Assembly: GCA_021734995.1 (NCBI GenBank)
Contig: JAIPHX010000003.1
Coordinates: 75,969 to 139,968, forward strand
DNA length: 64,000 nt
Direction: 5' to 3'
Source of the DNA: Minisyncoccota bacterium
GTDB taxonomy: Bacteria > Patescibacteriota > Minisyncoccia > Phycocordibacterales > UBA9973
This document shows positions 26,709 through 36,971 of this stretch, in pieces. Each line of letters opens with the position of its first letter. Within the stretch, counting starts at the first letter, position 1. The notes beneath the pieces are model-generated. The model was not told where the DNA came from and searched no databases. It worked only from the letters and a program-made list of their open reading frames with translations. The position numbers and the translations under genes were made by a program.

Positions 26709-27743
26709 ATGCAAAATAAATTTAATAGTAAGATTTTATTGGTTATTGTAATAATTTTACTGGTTATCGGGTTAGTTTATGTTTTCTTTAATAATTCAAA
26801 ACAAAATCAAAATGAATTGATTAATCAGAACCAAACAGCATTACCAGCTGATTGTATAGATCAACAAGAAGGTGTTCCAGTGATAACATCAATATCAAGT
26901 TATTCAGGTTCTGTTGGAGATAAAATTGAAATCAAAGGATGTAACTTTTCTGGATTTGAGGGAGACAAAAATGTTTGGATGGAAAGTGATAATGGTATAA
27001 GAGGAATTATTTATGGAGAAAAAGAATCTACTGATAAATCAGTAATTTTTGTTTTAAAATCTACACTTTGCCAAACTGACAATAGTTATAGTGGTAATGA
27101 ATGTGAAAAATCGTTAAATATTATACCAGGAGTATATAAAATATATACAACCCCTTGGGGAAAGAAAAGTAATGAAGTTACTTTTACTGTAGAAAATAAA
27201 GGAAATCTAAATTCTGAGCTGGAACGTAAACCTAGCCGTTATTTTTGTGTGGGAGAATTTTGTGATGGTAGCGGTAGTGGTAATCAAGATTCTTTAACTG
27301 TTTTAAAAATTCCCTTGGTAACTTCTGGGGGGAATGTGGGTTGTGGTTCAAAAATATTTTTTGCCCCACATACAGTTGCAAAAACTACTGCAGTTCTTGA
27401 TGCAACCTATAAAATGCTATTTGATATAAAAACAGAATCAGAAATTCAAACTGTTGAGGCAAGAAATCCAATTGGAAGTTATACAAAATTATTTTATCAA
27501 TCAGTCAGTATAAAAGATGGGACAGCAAAGGTTATGCTTACAGGTAATATGTATGGTCCGGGGGAATGCTCTTTTCCAGAAATTCGTGAGCAAATAAATC
27601 AATCAGCGTTTCAATTTGATACAGTAAGTAAAATAGAAGTTTATCTTAATGGGGAAATATTTGATTGGTGTTCAGTAAGTGATGCGGATATTTCAGAAAG
27701 TAAGTGCGACAAAATACCCAGATATTGGATTGATAAAAAATAA
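26709..27743 (+). CDS. membrane-anchored protein with IPT/TIG-like and GerMN domains
   Basis: N-terminal TM; PVITSIS...G..I.I.G.NF; C-terminal QI..SA.QF.TV..I...NG. Confidence 0.7.
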   Translation: MQNKFNSKILLVIVIILLVIGLVYVFFNNSKQNQNELINQNQTALPADCIDQQEGVPVITSISSYSGSVGDKIEIKGCNFSGFEGDKNVWMESDNGIRGIIYGEKESTDKSVIFVLKSTLCQTDNSYSGNECEKSLNIIPGVYKIYTTPWGKKSNEVTFTVENKGNLNSELERKPSRYFCVGEFCDGSGSGNQDSLTVLKIPLVTSGGNVGCGSKIFFAPHTVAKTTAVLDATYKMLFDIKTESEIQTVEARNPIGSYTKLFYQSVSIKDGTAKVMLTGNMYGPGECSFPEIREQINQSAFQFDTVSKIEVYLNGEIFDWCSVSDADISESKCDKIPRYWIDKK

Positions 27744-27818
27744 AAGCCTTAAGTATGCTTGTCTGAAAATTTCTACACACACAGAGCCTTTTGAGAGTTT
27801 CGTGATATACTTTTTGAT

Positions 27819-28214
27819 ATGAATAGTTACAATTGGTATTCGCAATTAATTAAACCATATTGGTCACCACCGTCTTATCTTTTTGGCCCAGTTTGGACAG
27901 TTTTGTATGTATTAATTTTTATTTATTTTGCTAAAGTATTTTCAATGGCTTGGCAAAAACAAATTCCACTTATTGTTGTTTTGCCATTTGTTTTAAATCT
28001 TATTTTTAATTTTTCTTTTACTTATATTCAATTTGGTTTGAAAAATAATCTATTAGCATCAATTGATATTTTGTTAATTTTAATAACTCTAATATGGGCA
28101 ATGATTGCGATATCCCCATATGTAAAATGGGTTACTTATATTCAAATTCCATATTTACTTTGGGTTTCTTTTGCAACTGTGTTACAACTCACTATTACTT
28201 ATTTGAATAGATAA
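27819..28214 (+). CDS. tspO: TspO/MBR family protein
   Basis: WY..L.KP.W.PP..LFGPVWT.LY, PYLLWVSFA. Confidence 0.9.
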   Translation: MNSYNWYSQLIKPYWSPPSYLFGPVWTVLYVLIFIYFAKVFSMAWQKQIPLIVVLPFVLNLIFNFSFTYIQFGLKNNLLASIDILLILITLIWAMIAISPYVKWVTYIQIPYLLWVSFATVLQLTITYLNR

Positions 28215-28284
28215 ATGGGTTTGTTTAAGGTATTCATTTAAAGCATTTTGACATCTAAATATATTTAGATGTATAATATAGAAT

Positions 28285-28593
28285 ATGAAAAACATAAACG
28301 TAGAAATAGTAAAAGATTTAATATTATTAATTGAGAATTCAAGTTTTTATAATAAAATTCAGATTACTGAAAATATGGATTTAGGGATTTCCACTGAGAC
28401 TTTTTATTTTGCCGAAGAGGGTATTGGGCATGCTGTTTTGGTGGAGAAAACAAATGGAGAGATAGAAACTGTTCAAGAATCTCACATGGTTGATAAAGAT
28501 TTTGTGTATAACAAATTATCTTCTGTAAGTGAAAAAGCAGTACTCAGTATCGCTGGAAATTCTGGTGAATATATACTTTCTCTAAAAGTATAG
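28285..28593 (+). CDS. hypothetical protein
   Basis: ORF with TTGACA...TATAAT promoter immediately upstream. Confidence 0.6.
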   Translation: MKNINVEIVKDLILLIENSSFYNKIQITENMDLGISTETFYFAEEGIGHAVLVEKTNGEIETVQESHMVDKDFVYNKLSSVSEKAVLSIAGNSGEYILSLKV

Positions 28594-28739
28594 TTTTTGA
28601 TATAATAAATATAAGCTTGTAATATTTTTACTTTTTTTACTATGTAATTTAGTATTGACTTTTATTAAAAAGTATGTTACTATATTTGAAATAATTATTT
28701 AGTTTTTTACAATAAAAAAGTAAAGGTAAGGGTTCTGTT

Positions 28740-29438
28740 ATGAAAAATTTAAAAAATAGTCTTAAAGACTATGTATATTTTTTCGTTTGTGTTGTATTTT
28801 TTTCATTAATTTTTCCATCATCATCCTCTTCTTATGCAAAGAAAAGTGTTGCTGAGGTGGAGGCAGTAACAATCATAGAACGAGCAATTGATTTGTGTGA
28901 TTTTATTCCTGATCCAAATTATAAACAATTAATTATTTCTGGTTTACAGAAAATGGTTATAATTGAAACAGAGGGGGAATATATTGAATTTTCAGATTCA
29001 AAAAAATTTGTTCTTTGGATAAGAGACTCAGAATTGCCTAAACTTGTAGGTAATATAAAAGTATTTGAGTTCTTTCTAGAACCTTTCGAAAAAAATGCAT
29101 GTGTGCTTGTATCAATGAATAAATATATACATCTATTGTCCAAAGATCTAGATGCAAAAGCATGTATTTTGATACATGAATTTGTTCATGCAATACAAGC
29201 AAACAATCGCCTTGCCAATAATATTAAGGCGAACGAAGTTTCTTCATTTTTGGACGAAAGACAGGCATGGGATTACTCTGTTTTTGTTTACGAAAGTAAA
29301 AATGGTTTCTTTCGTAAAGATTCAGATTGTACCAACTTTTTGACAATAAATGGAGTTGATCCGTTTGTGCAGAATTTCCAATTCTTTCGTAACTGTGGGG
29401 ATGAATTTTTGAAAACAATGTACAAAGACGACAGGTAA
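28740..29438 (+). CDS. secreted hypothetical protein with HExxH
   Basis: Signal peptide; LIHEFVHAIQ...E..AW. Confidence 0.6.
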   Translation: MKNLKNSLKDYVYFFVCVVFFSLIFPSSSSSYAKKSVAEVEAVTIIERAIDLCDFIPDPNYKQLIISGLQKMVIIETEGEYIEFSDSKKFVLWIRDSELPKLVGNIKVFEFFLEPFEKNACVLVSMNKYIHLLSKDLDAKACILIHEFVHAIQANNRLANNIKANEVSSFLDERQAWDYSVFVYESKNGFFRKDSDCTNFLTINGVDPFVQNFQFFRNCGDEFLKTMYKDDR

Positions 29439-29445
29439 TTAATTT

Positions 29446-29487
29446 ACACACTACAAGTGCAATACGCATAAGTAGTGTGTTTTTTTT
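29446..29487 (+). terminator. intrinsic terminator
   Basis: ACACACTAC...GTAGTGTGT followed by T-run. Confidence 0.7.
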
Positions 29488-29724
29488 GTTTAAAATACAT
29501 GCCTACAATATATATTGTATAGATTTATATTTTGTTTGAGTACTATTGGTTTCTACATAAATTTAGGATTTTTTTAGTTATATCATTTTTGCACCTTACA
29601 AAATTACTGGGGGGGGGTGATTCCAAGGTATTGAACCATAAGAAATTATTGACTTTTATTAATCTTTGTGTTAAAATATAAAGAGTTCTTTTTTAATTAA
29701 ACAAATAAAGTAAAGGAGTTAAAA

Positions 29725-30360
29725 GTGGAAAGTTCAGGACAAATTTTATCTGGAACGTTATGTTCTGTGTCACCTAATAATAATAAAATGTCTGCGATAA
29801 AGTTAGGCATTTATCTTGGGGAAAAAATTCAAAAGATTTTCCCTGAAATTGGGGATTTGTACAGAGAGGGTCTCACCCTTTCAAAATTAGTACAGAGATT
29901 TAATATCATGGATCACTTCTCTGTAAATTTTAAAGTGGCTGAAAGTGCTGTTCATCGGGCCCTTAAGGGGTATCAAGGGGATCTTAGAAACATTGAGACA
30001 CCTCAGTATCCAGGCTTATTGTCAAAAGAAGAGTTAATCTTTTATGGCAAAGAGCATAACAGACTTTCTGGTATTGAGACTGCCACAAAAATGGTAAAAG
30101 AAAAGAAGGGTATTTTCTCTTTTACTAAAGAGCAACAAGAGGAAGTACGAAGGAAATCTGTTTTCGCTTGTGGGGATGTGCCATATTCTCAAGAGGAAAT
30201 AGATTTTATTCAGGAATTAATTTCACAAAAAAAATACCAGAAAGGAAGTTTGATAAAAGTTGATGAAATCGCGTCACAGGTAAATAAAATTTTTCATGAT
30301 GGTAAAAACATCAGGAAACCCAGATCTATTTCAAAGATCGTTATACGCAGTAACTTATAA
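29725..30360 (+). CDS. hypothetical protein
   Basis: GTG start with AAGGAG SD; 211 aa. Confidence 0.6.
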   Translation: MESSGQILSGTLCSVSPNNNKMSAIKLGIYLGEKIQKIFPEIGDLYREGLTLSKLVQRFNIMDHFSVNFKVAESAVHRALKGYQGDLRNIETPQYPGLLSKEELIFYGKEHNRLSGIETATKMVKEKKGIFSFTKEQQEEVRRKSVFACGDVPYSQEEIDFIQELISQKKYQKGSLIKVDEIASQVNKIFHDGKNIRKPRSISKIVIRSNL

Positions 30361-30406
30361 AAGTTGCGGCGTTTTCTATATTTAGTTTTTTTGATATAAT
30401 AAATAG

Positions 30407-30718
30407 ATGTTAAAAGAATATATTGCATACTTGAAAGACAACCCAAATGGCTATTGGTTTAAAAGAAAGCTCTATGGCTGGGGATGGACTCCTGTTAAGT
30501 GGCAGGGATGGGGTGTTCTTTTTGTATATGTCGCAATTATCTCTGCTTTATTAATTTCAAGAGAAGAGGACATACCAGGTAATCCTGATTCGGGAAGTAA
30601 TTTTTTGGTATTCGCTTTGCCAGTCATCATACTGACCATTCTTTTTGTAATTATAGCTTACAAAAAAGGAGAAAAGCCACGCTGGCAATGGGGGATTAAA
30701 AAAGAAATTAAAGAGTAA
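30407..30718 (+). CDS. two-TM conserved hypothetical protein
   Basis: WFKRK.YGWGWTP..WQGW, GEKP.W.WG. Confidence 0.75.
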   Translation: MLKEYIAYLKDNPNGYWFKRKLYGWGWTPVKWQGWGVLFVYVAIISALLISREEDIPGNPDSGSNFLVFALPVIILTILFVIIAYKKGEKPRWQWGIKKEIKE

Positions 30719-30766
30719 GTATGACACCCTGTTTTAATTTAAATTGTTCTGTAAACAAATAATTAA

Positions 30767-31381
30767 ATGGAAGAACTTTTAAATAAAAAAATACAAGAAG
30801 TGTCTTTAGAAAACCAAATATTCAATCAATATTTGGTTGATTTAAAACTTACCACTCAAGATTTAGATAAAGTAATTTTGGATGTAGGAGCAGGTGATGC
30901 TCGTTTTGCAAAATATGCTAAAGATAAAGGTGTCAGCTCTTCAATCTACAGCTTAGAACCAAATCAAAAAATGGTTGTTGTGGAAAAAGCTTTAATAGGT
31001 CACGCAGAAGAGATCCCCATGCAAGATAATTTTTTTGACTTAATTATTTCAAATAGTGCTATCCCTAATATATATATAGGAGATAAAAATGTTTATGAAA
31101 AAGTATATAAAAGTTTTTCTGAAATGTTGCGTGTTTTAAAAAACGGAGGTGAAATTAGATTGGCTAGAGTTTTGGTTGGAGATAAGTATGAAAACCAAAA
31201 GATATTGGCGAATAGTGTAAATAAAGTTCTAAATGAACTAAAAGAAAGGTATAACATTGAAGTTAAAAAGATGCATATATCAATTAATGATGTTTATGAA
31301 AATGAAAATAACAAAAAGAAAGCTTTATTAGCAGAGAGTTTTTTAATTATTTTAAAAAAGCCAAACAAAAAGAGTATTTAG
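30767..31381 (+). CDS. class I SAM-dependent methyltransferase
   Basis: ILDVGAG, FDLIIS, RVLKNGG. Confidence 0.88.
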   Translation: MEELLNKKIQEVSLENQIFNQYLVDLKLTTQDLDKVILDVGAGDARFAKYAKDKGVSSSIYSLEPNQKMVVVEKALIGHAEEIPMQDNFFDLIISNSAIPNIYIGDKNVYEKVYKSFSEMLRVLKNGGEIRLARVLVGDKYENQKILANSVNKVLNELKERYNIEVKKMHISINDVYENENNKKKALLAESFLIILKKPNKKSI

Positions 31382-31387
31382 TATTTG

Positions 31388-32704
31388 TTACTCACTCTCA
31401 AAAACCTTTGGTTTAAGTTTTTCAAAATCATAGTTTGGTGGAAAATGCTCTTCAAAAATCTGCATTGCAGGTTCTCCTGTGTATTCTTTACGTATAGATG
31501 CGTAATGCATAGCTAGAATCATTTCTTCTGGTTCTCCAACACAATCAAGAGGCTTGAAACCTTCTATTCCAAGAATTTGTTTAAAAAGTGGTAAGAGATT
31601 TTTGTGGGTATATAGGTTGGCGCCAAATATGTCAATTAATTCTTTTTTAGACAAAAAAGCTGAAAAAGAAGCAAAAAGAAAAACACATTTTGGGCAATGT
31701 TTGCACCAATAAGATTTACGTGATAATACTTGAGCAAATCGTGGAAGCCAAAAATAATTATTGCAACTTGTTACATAATGAAGATATTTTGGATATTGAA
31801 CAAATCTTTTTACAATTTCAAGTTCACTAAATTCTCGTAATAGGGATTTTGTAGAAATATCCGGAGTGATATATTTTTGAATGTAATCGTTCGTTATTTT
31901 CTCTGCTTCAGATGATTTGCACCATTGGTGGTTTACACACAATCCTAAATAAGTAAGATTACCAAAATCAGCACTTCGTTCGTTGGAGAAAATAATTGAA
32001 TTATAACCAAGAAGTTCTGCTAACAATGTGGCAATAAATGTAAAAGTTGAAACAGAAGGATATGCATTGGATACTCCGTACCATGATCTTGTATTTTCAA
32101 TACTTGAATCTCGGCGGCGACTGACTTCTATTGTTTTTGCACCGACTAAGGTAGCAATTTTTTTATGAGCAGGAGTTGGAGCAAAAGCAAAAAAGTCAAA
32201 AGGAATATTTGAAGCTTTTAATATTTCAGATGAAAGAATAGAATCTTTGCCTGCGCCATTTAATAAAAGAGTACGAAAAGGGCGTTCAAATCGTGTTGGG
32301 GTAGGGGTAGACATAGTGTCTTTATATGGAAAAGCAATAAGATCATGGAAATCCATTTTCATATCGTAAAAGAATTCACCAAGTCCATTTAGATAGAGTG
32401 TGTTCCAAAAATCTGCTTGTTCTCGTGTTAGAGAAAATCCTTCTATGTGAATATTTTTTGTTGGGAAGACACACCAATAGTTGATACCTAGCATTAAAAG
32501 AAGAGCTTGTAGTGTGGGCTCGAGTACTGTCTTTGGTATTTTCTCCCATAACTCTGGCTTTATATTTTTTAAAAAGAGTTTGTCTGTATAAGTTTTTATT
32601 TTTCCTTTTTTGAATTCTACATGATAGGTAAAACTTATGGTTGAGCTAGAAGTATTCACTTTGTATTTACCAAATGTAAAAGAGGAAGCTTTGGCTATTT
32701 TCAT
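31388..32704 (-). CDS. murL: MurL-like peptidoglycan L-Glu epimerase
   Basis: GLGEF, GKDS, SNERSA, VNHQW.KS, WC..CPKC, KPLDCVG. Confidence 0.75.
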   Translation of the reverse strand: MKIAKASSFTFGKYKVNTSSSTISFTYHVEFKKGKIKTYTDKLFLKNIKPELWEKIPKTVLEPTLQALLLMLGINYWCVFPTKNIHIEGFSLTREQADFWNTLYLNGLGEFFYDMKMDFHDLIAFPYKDTMSTPTPTRFERPFRTLLLNGAGKDSILSSEILKASNIPFDFFAFAPTPAHKKIATLVGAKTIEVSRRRDSSIENTRSWYGVSNAYPSVSTFTFIATLLAELLGYNSIIFSNERSADFGNLTYLGLCVNHQWCKSSEAEKITNDYIQKYITPDISTKSLLREFSELEIVKRFVQYPKYLHYVTSCNNYFWLPRFAQVLSRKSYWCKHCPKCVFLFASFSAFLSKKELIDIFGANLYTHKNLLPLFKQILGIEGFKPLDCVGEPEEMILAMHYASIRKEYTGEPAMQIFEEHFPPNYDFEKLKPKVFESE

Positions 32705-32817
32705 GTCGTACCACATTGCTGTATTGTAGCATGTATTAGTGTCTTTTAAATAGAGTCTTTCAAAAGATAGTATAAATAATTTAACTCACCAAGCATTCAT
32801 GTTAGAATATACAAAGC

Positions 32818-33753
32818 ATGGAACAACAATTTTTTAGCATTTTGGTTTCTCTTGTAGCAGTCGTCTTTGTTTTTCTTTTTGCTGTTAAAAAATTTAGCAA
32901 TCAAGTACAGCATCTTTTTGGTGATAAATTTAAGAATTTGCTTGAAAGATTTACAAATACTCCACTAAAAGGTGTCTTGGTTGGAGCAGGATTAACTTCA
33001 ATAATACAATCTAGTACAGCTGTGACAGTTTTGCTTGTATCTCTTGTGGATGCAGGTGTCTTGTCTTTTACAAATAGTATTGGCGTGATTATAGGGTCCA
33101 ACATAGGCACAACACTGACCACTCAACTCATTGCTTTTAAAGTTTTAAATATTGCACCTTATATACTGATATTAGGTTTTCTTTTGATGAATATTAATCA
33201 TAGATACAATAAATTTCAGTATTTAGGTAAACCTATTTTTTATTTTGGGCTTATTTTTTCTTGTCTGTTTATTATTTCTGTTTTTGCTGATATTTTCCGT
33301 GATAGTACAATGTTGTTATCTTTAATCAGCAAAACTTCAAATCTTTTTGTAGCTATAGGGGTGGGAATTGTAGTAACTACGGTTTTACAATCAAGTTCTA
33401 TTGCGACAAGTTTGATTGTTATTTTTGCTGGAGGTGGCTTGCTTACATTCGCTCAGGCATTTGGAATTATTTTGGGGACAAATATTGGTACCACCACTAC
33501 AGCACTTCTTGCTTCTACTGTAACTGGTAAGCAGGGTAAGCGTGTTGCGATGATGCACTTTATTTTTAATTTTGCAGGAGTTATTATATTCCTACCTTTT
33601 GTTGGTTTGTTTTCAGATATAATAAGTCGCATAAATACTGGGTTGGTAGGACAGATAGCTATTTCACATTTAGTTTTCAATATTATTATTGCAACTCTTT
33701 TCCTTTTTATTATTAAGCCTGTTTCAAAGTTGATACACAAGATTATTCCTTGA
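32818..33753 (+). CDS. Na/Pi cotransporter family protein
   Basis: Duplicated QSS..., G.NIGTT motifs. Confidence 0.9.
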   Translation: MEQQFFSILVSLVAVVFVFLFAVKKFSNQVQHLFGDKFKNLLERFTNTPLKGVLVGAGLTSIIQSSTAVTVLLVSLVDAGVLSFTNSIGVIIGSNIGTTLTTQLIAFKVLNIAPYILILGFLLMNINHRYNKFQYLGKPIFYFGLIFSCLFIISVFADIFRDSTMLLSLISKTSNLFVAIGVGIVVTTVLQSSSIATSLIVIFAGGGLLTFAQAFGIILGTNIGTTTTALLASTVTGKQGKRVAMMHFIFNFAGVIIFLPFVGLFSDIISRINTGLVGQIAISHLVFNIIIATLFLFIIKPVSKLIHKIIP

Positions 33754-33789
33754 TTTTATTTAAAGGGAATGATATTTTAAATAAAGAGT

Positions 33790-34593
33790 ATGAAATTCGA
33801 ACTTCCAAAGATTTTTCAATCAAAAAAACCAAAAGTACAAAACGAGCCAGTTTCTATTAAAGAAATTATAAACGGTAAAGAAGTTTATCGGCCTATTATG
33901 ACTTGCCTTATTGATTCTAGTAAAAAAGTTACAGAGCAGGAAATTGAAATAATAAAAACAAGAGGGTTTAATGTTAATTGGAAATATAGCAATAGAGAGT
34001 TAGAAATGTATCAACTTAAAAATAGTGGGGAAAGGACATATGTAATTTCTCGCATAGATAGTGAAGATAAATACTCAGAAGCATTTGTTAATTGTGTTGG
34101 TCTTGTAGCTGTGGGAGAAAATATCATTACGGGCAAACAGATATCTTTCATGTCTCATCAAAACCCTATCAGTATTTTAGGCGTAAATTATAGAGAATTT
34201 GAAAAAGATTTAGCAGATTCATTGAAAGAGTTAAAAATGAATTCTAAAGAAGGTAGTATTGATTTAATTTTGTTTGGTGGAAATAATTATATTATTCCAA
34301 TGATTTCAAAAGACATACAATCTGAGGAAAATCGCGTAGATTATACAATGGTTATAAAGAGATTAGGAGACATAATTGAAAAAAATTTAGGTATTGATCC
34401 TCTTGTCATTACTGGTCCACATATTATTGGTGCAATAAGTTTTAATGATGGTAGTGCGAGAGATACAAATGTTTATTTTGATAACAATCAACGTCGTTTG
34501 TTTTTATTACGACCCTTTATTTCATCAGGAGCAAATGAACCCTATAGAGCAAGTAAATTAGATGAGATGGTGAGTAAGTATGAATTATTTTAG
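33790..34593 (+). CDS. hypothetical protein
   Basis: 267-aa ORF; NC.G...SH...FGG motifs. Confidence 0.6.
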   Translation: MKFELPKIFQSKKPKVQNEPVSIKEIINGKEVYRPIMTCLIDSSKKVTEQEIEIIKTRGFNVNWKYSNRELEMYQLKNSGERTYVISRIDSEDKYSEAFVNCVGLVAVGENIITGKQISFMSHQNPISILGVNYREFEKDLADSLKELKMNSKEGSIDLILFGGNNYIIPMISKDIQSEENRVDYTMVIKRLGDIIEKNLGIDPLVITGPHIIGAISFNDGSARDTNVYFDNNQRRLFLLRPFISSGANEPYRASKLDEMVSKYELF

Positions 34594-34609
34594 TAATGAA
34601 TTTTCAACA

Positions 34610-35008
34610 ATGAAAAAACTTTTTTTAATCTTTGGTCTTTCTTTTATAATAAATTGGATATGGGAAAACGCACACGCAGTCTTGTATTTTTTGCCTAACG
34701 GAGAATCAATATCGCAATATATGTTACTTAGGTCAACTTTCTTTGATGCAATATTTACTTTGTTGGTAGCATTTATTTTTATCAAGTTTCCATATTTTAA
34801 TCAAAGAAAATGGTATGCATTAGTCTTTGGTATTGTTGTGGCTGTATTGTTAGAAAAAATAGCACTTGGTATGGGCTTTTGGGCATATACTGAATTTATG
34901 CCTATTATTCCTTTTATAAATACAGGACTTACTCCGACTATTCAGCTTGGTGTAATATCTTATACTGTCTTATCTTTTTTTGATCTTAAAATTAAAATAT
35001 TTAAATAA
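34610..35008 (+). CDS. 4-TM membrane protein
   Basis: WE..H..LY, W.Y...MP...GL.P.IQ. Confidence 0.7.
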   Translation: MKKLFLIFGLSFIINWIWENAHAVLYFLPNGESISQYMLLRSTFFDAIFTLLVAFIFIKFPYFNQRKWYALVFGIVVAVLLEKIALGMGFWAYTEFMPIIPFINTGLTPTIQLGVISYTVLSFFDLKIKIFK

Positions 35009-35093
35009 GTCTCTTGAAAACTATCTTCGTTTCAAAATTATGTTATAACATTTGCTTGCGTTATGTTTTTTTAAATAATATAATTTTCATTAT

Positions 35094-35543
35094 ATGAATA
35101 ATAATGAAAAAATAGATTTGAGGCCAGACTGGATGAAATCAAATGAAGTGGGGAAAGGAATTTTGGCTTATAAAGGTACAAATTATGAGTTTACTATTCT
35201 AAAGAAGACAGTAGCTCCCAAACTGCCGGGATTTTTGGGTTATTTAGATAAGAAATTTCTTTTTATTTCAGAGGAGGTACCAGAAAAGTTTAGATTGCCT
35301 CAATTAATGCATGAAATAATTGAATTTATTGAATTGTCAGGATTAAAAGATAGGTGCTTAGGTGCTTTAGAACGCGAGCTTTCTGATTTTGTTCCTGAAG
35401 ATATTAAGCCAGAGTATATAGAGTATAGAAGAAATTTTTTCAAAAATCTTGTTTCTTACTATGATACAATTGAGAATTTTGAAGATAAAGAATTTCTGGC
35501 AGAAATTAAAGCTAGTTTAGATTTTTTGGAAGGTATAAAATAA
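35094..35543 (+). CDS. hypothetical protein
   Basis: 149-aa ORF with leaderless TATAAT promoter. Confidence 0.6.
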   Translation: MNNNEKIDLRPDWMKSNEVGKGILAYKGTNYEFTILKKTVAPKLPGFLGYLDKKFLFISEEVPEKFRLPQLMHEIIEFIELSGLKDRCLGALERELSDFVPEDIKPEYIEYRRNFFKNLVSYYDTIENFEDKEFLAEIKASLDFLEGIK

Positions 35544-35546
35544 TTT

Positions 35547-36032
35547 ATGACAAAAAAAGCAGTATTAGCAGGGGGTTGTTTTTGGGGATTAGAAGAATTA
35601 ATCCGAAAACAGCTCGGAGTGGTAGATACAAGAGTAGGTTATGCTGGTGGCAAGAACACAAATCCCACATATCAGGATCATGAAGGTCATGCAGAAGCGG
35701 TAGAAATTACTTATGATGATACTCTGACCTCTTACAGACAAATTTTAAATTTCTTTTTTCAAATACACAATCCTACAACTTTAAATCAGCAGGGAAATGA
35801 TAAGGGTACATCTTATCGTTCTGCTATTTTTTATACTAATGAAGAAGAAAAAAAAGAAGCAATTGATTTTATTGATATCGTAAACAAATCAGGCCGTTGG
35901 CAGAATCCTGTAGTGACCACTCTTGAACCATTCTCTAAATTTTATTTAGCAGAAGAATATCATCAAGATTATCTTCAAAAGAATCCAAATGGCTATACTT
36001 GCCATGCTATTTATTTTGATAGTTATTTGTAG
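35547..36032 (+). CDS. msrA: peptide-methionine (S)-S-oxide reductase
   Basis: [20 protein letters not shown]. Confidence 0.96.
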   Translation: MTKKAVLAGGCFWGLEELIRKQLGVVDTRVGYAGGKNTNPTYQDHEGHAEAVEITYDDTLTSYRQILNFFFQIHNPTTLNQQGNDKGTSYRSAIFYTNEEEKKEAIDFIDIVNKSGRWQNPVVTTLEPFSKFYLAEEYHQDYLQKNPNGYTCHAIYFDSYL

Positions 36033-36105
36033 GGGTAATTTAGTAAAATATTTTTATATTTTCTTTTTCTTGTTTCTTTATTTGTAATTTTATATAATAA
36101 TATGT

Positions 36106-36795
36106 ATGAAAATTACAATAAGAGAGATTCCTAACCCCAAAAAAGAGCCTGACCTAAAAGAGTCTATTACTACATATTTTAAAATAAATGGGCATAAAAT
36201 TCCTTTTACTCATCAAGAGACTACCGCTAATTGTGGACCACTTGCTCTGGTAAATGGTGCAAAAACATTACAATCTGTCTCAAAAGAATTTTTTATGCCT
36301 AAAGATTTTCCTATAACCGCTAAAGGAATAAGAGAACTCTTTATTTTAAAGCCAAGTTTAAAAAAACAAATCTGGGGGACACACTCAGATGAGACTATTG
36401 TTAGTGACTCTTTTCCTTTACTTACTACTCATGTAGATAATTTATTAAGAATGCTTTGTCAAGGTTCAAATTTAAAAATCATTGGAGACAGATTCCATGT
36501 GAATAATACTAGTGAGGTTATGAAAATGGGGCAAACCGATAAATCCATTGATCAAGCAGACTGGTTATTTTGCCATAAAAGCATGGGTAAAATTGGTCAT
36601 TATGTCAGTTTCGTACGGATCAATAAAAATGAATGGGTTTTACTAGATTCTCTGATGAAAGAACCGCTAGTTGTTAATCAAAATCATATAAAAAATGAAT
36701 ATAGAGATACAAAACAAAGCTTCCCTCTTTTTGTTGCTTTAAAGGTTTCTTTAAAGGTTGAGGCTTCTCCTATTATAATTACAAGAACGAAATAG
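36106..36795 (+). CDS. hypothetical protein, papain-like peptidase candidate
   Basis: Q...NCG..AL, GHYV, LLDS catalytic-triad pattern. Confidence 0.55.
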   Translation: MKITIREIPNPKKEPDLKESITTYFKINGHKIPFTHQETTANCGPLALVNGAKTLQSVSKEFFMPKDFPITAKGIRELFILKPSLKKQIWGTHSDETIVSDSFPLLTTHVDNLLRMLCQGSNLKIIGDRFHVNNTSEVMKMGQTDKSIDQADWLFCHKSMGKIGHYVSFVRINKNEWVLLDSLMKEPLVVNQNHIKNEYRDTKQSFPLFVALKVSLKVEASPIIITRTK

Positions 36796-36814
36796 TTTTG
36801 ATTCTTTATGCTAC

Positions 36815-36898
36815 GCAGAAGAATATCATCAAGATTATTTACAGAAAAACCCAAATGGCTATACTTGCCACGCTATTTATTTTGATAGTTATTTATAG
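36815..36898 (+). pseudogene. msrA: duplicated 3' end of msrA (27 codons + stop)
   Basis: Encodes [27 protein letters not shown], identical to 35949-36032; 7 nt differences, all synonymous. Confidence 0.92.
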
Positions 36899-36971
36899 AT
36901 AGAGCTTTCTATAAAAAAATAGAAAAATAGTTTGGTGCCCAGTCAAGTCTACTTTGTGCTATAATGTATAT

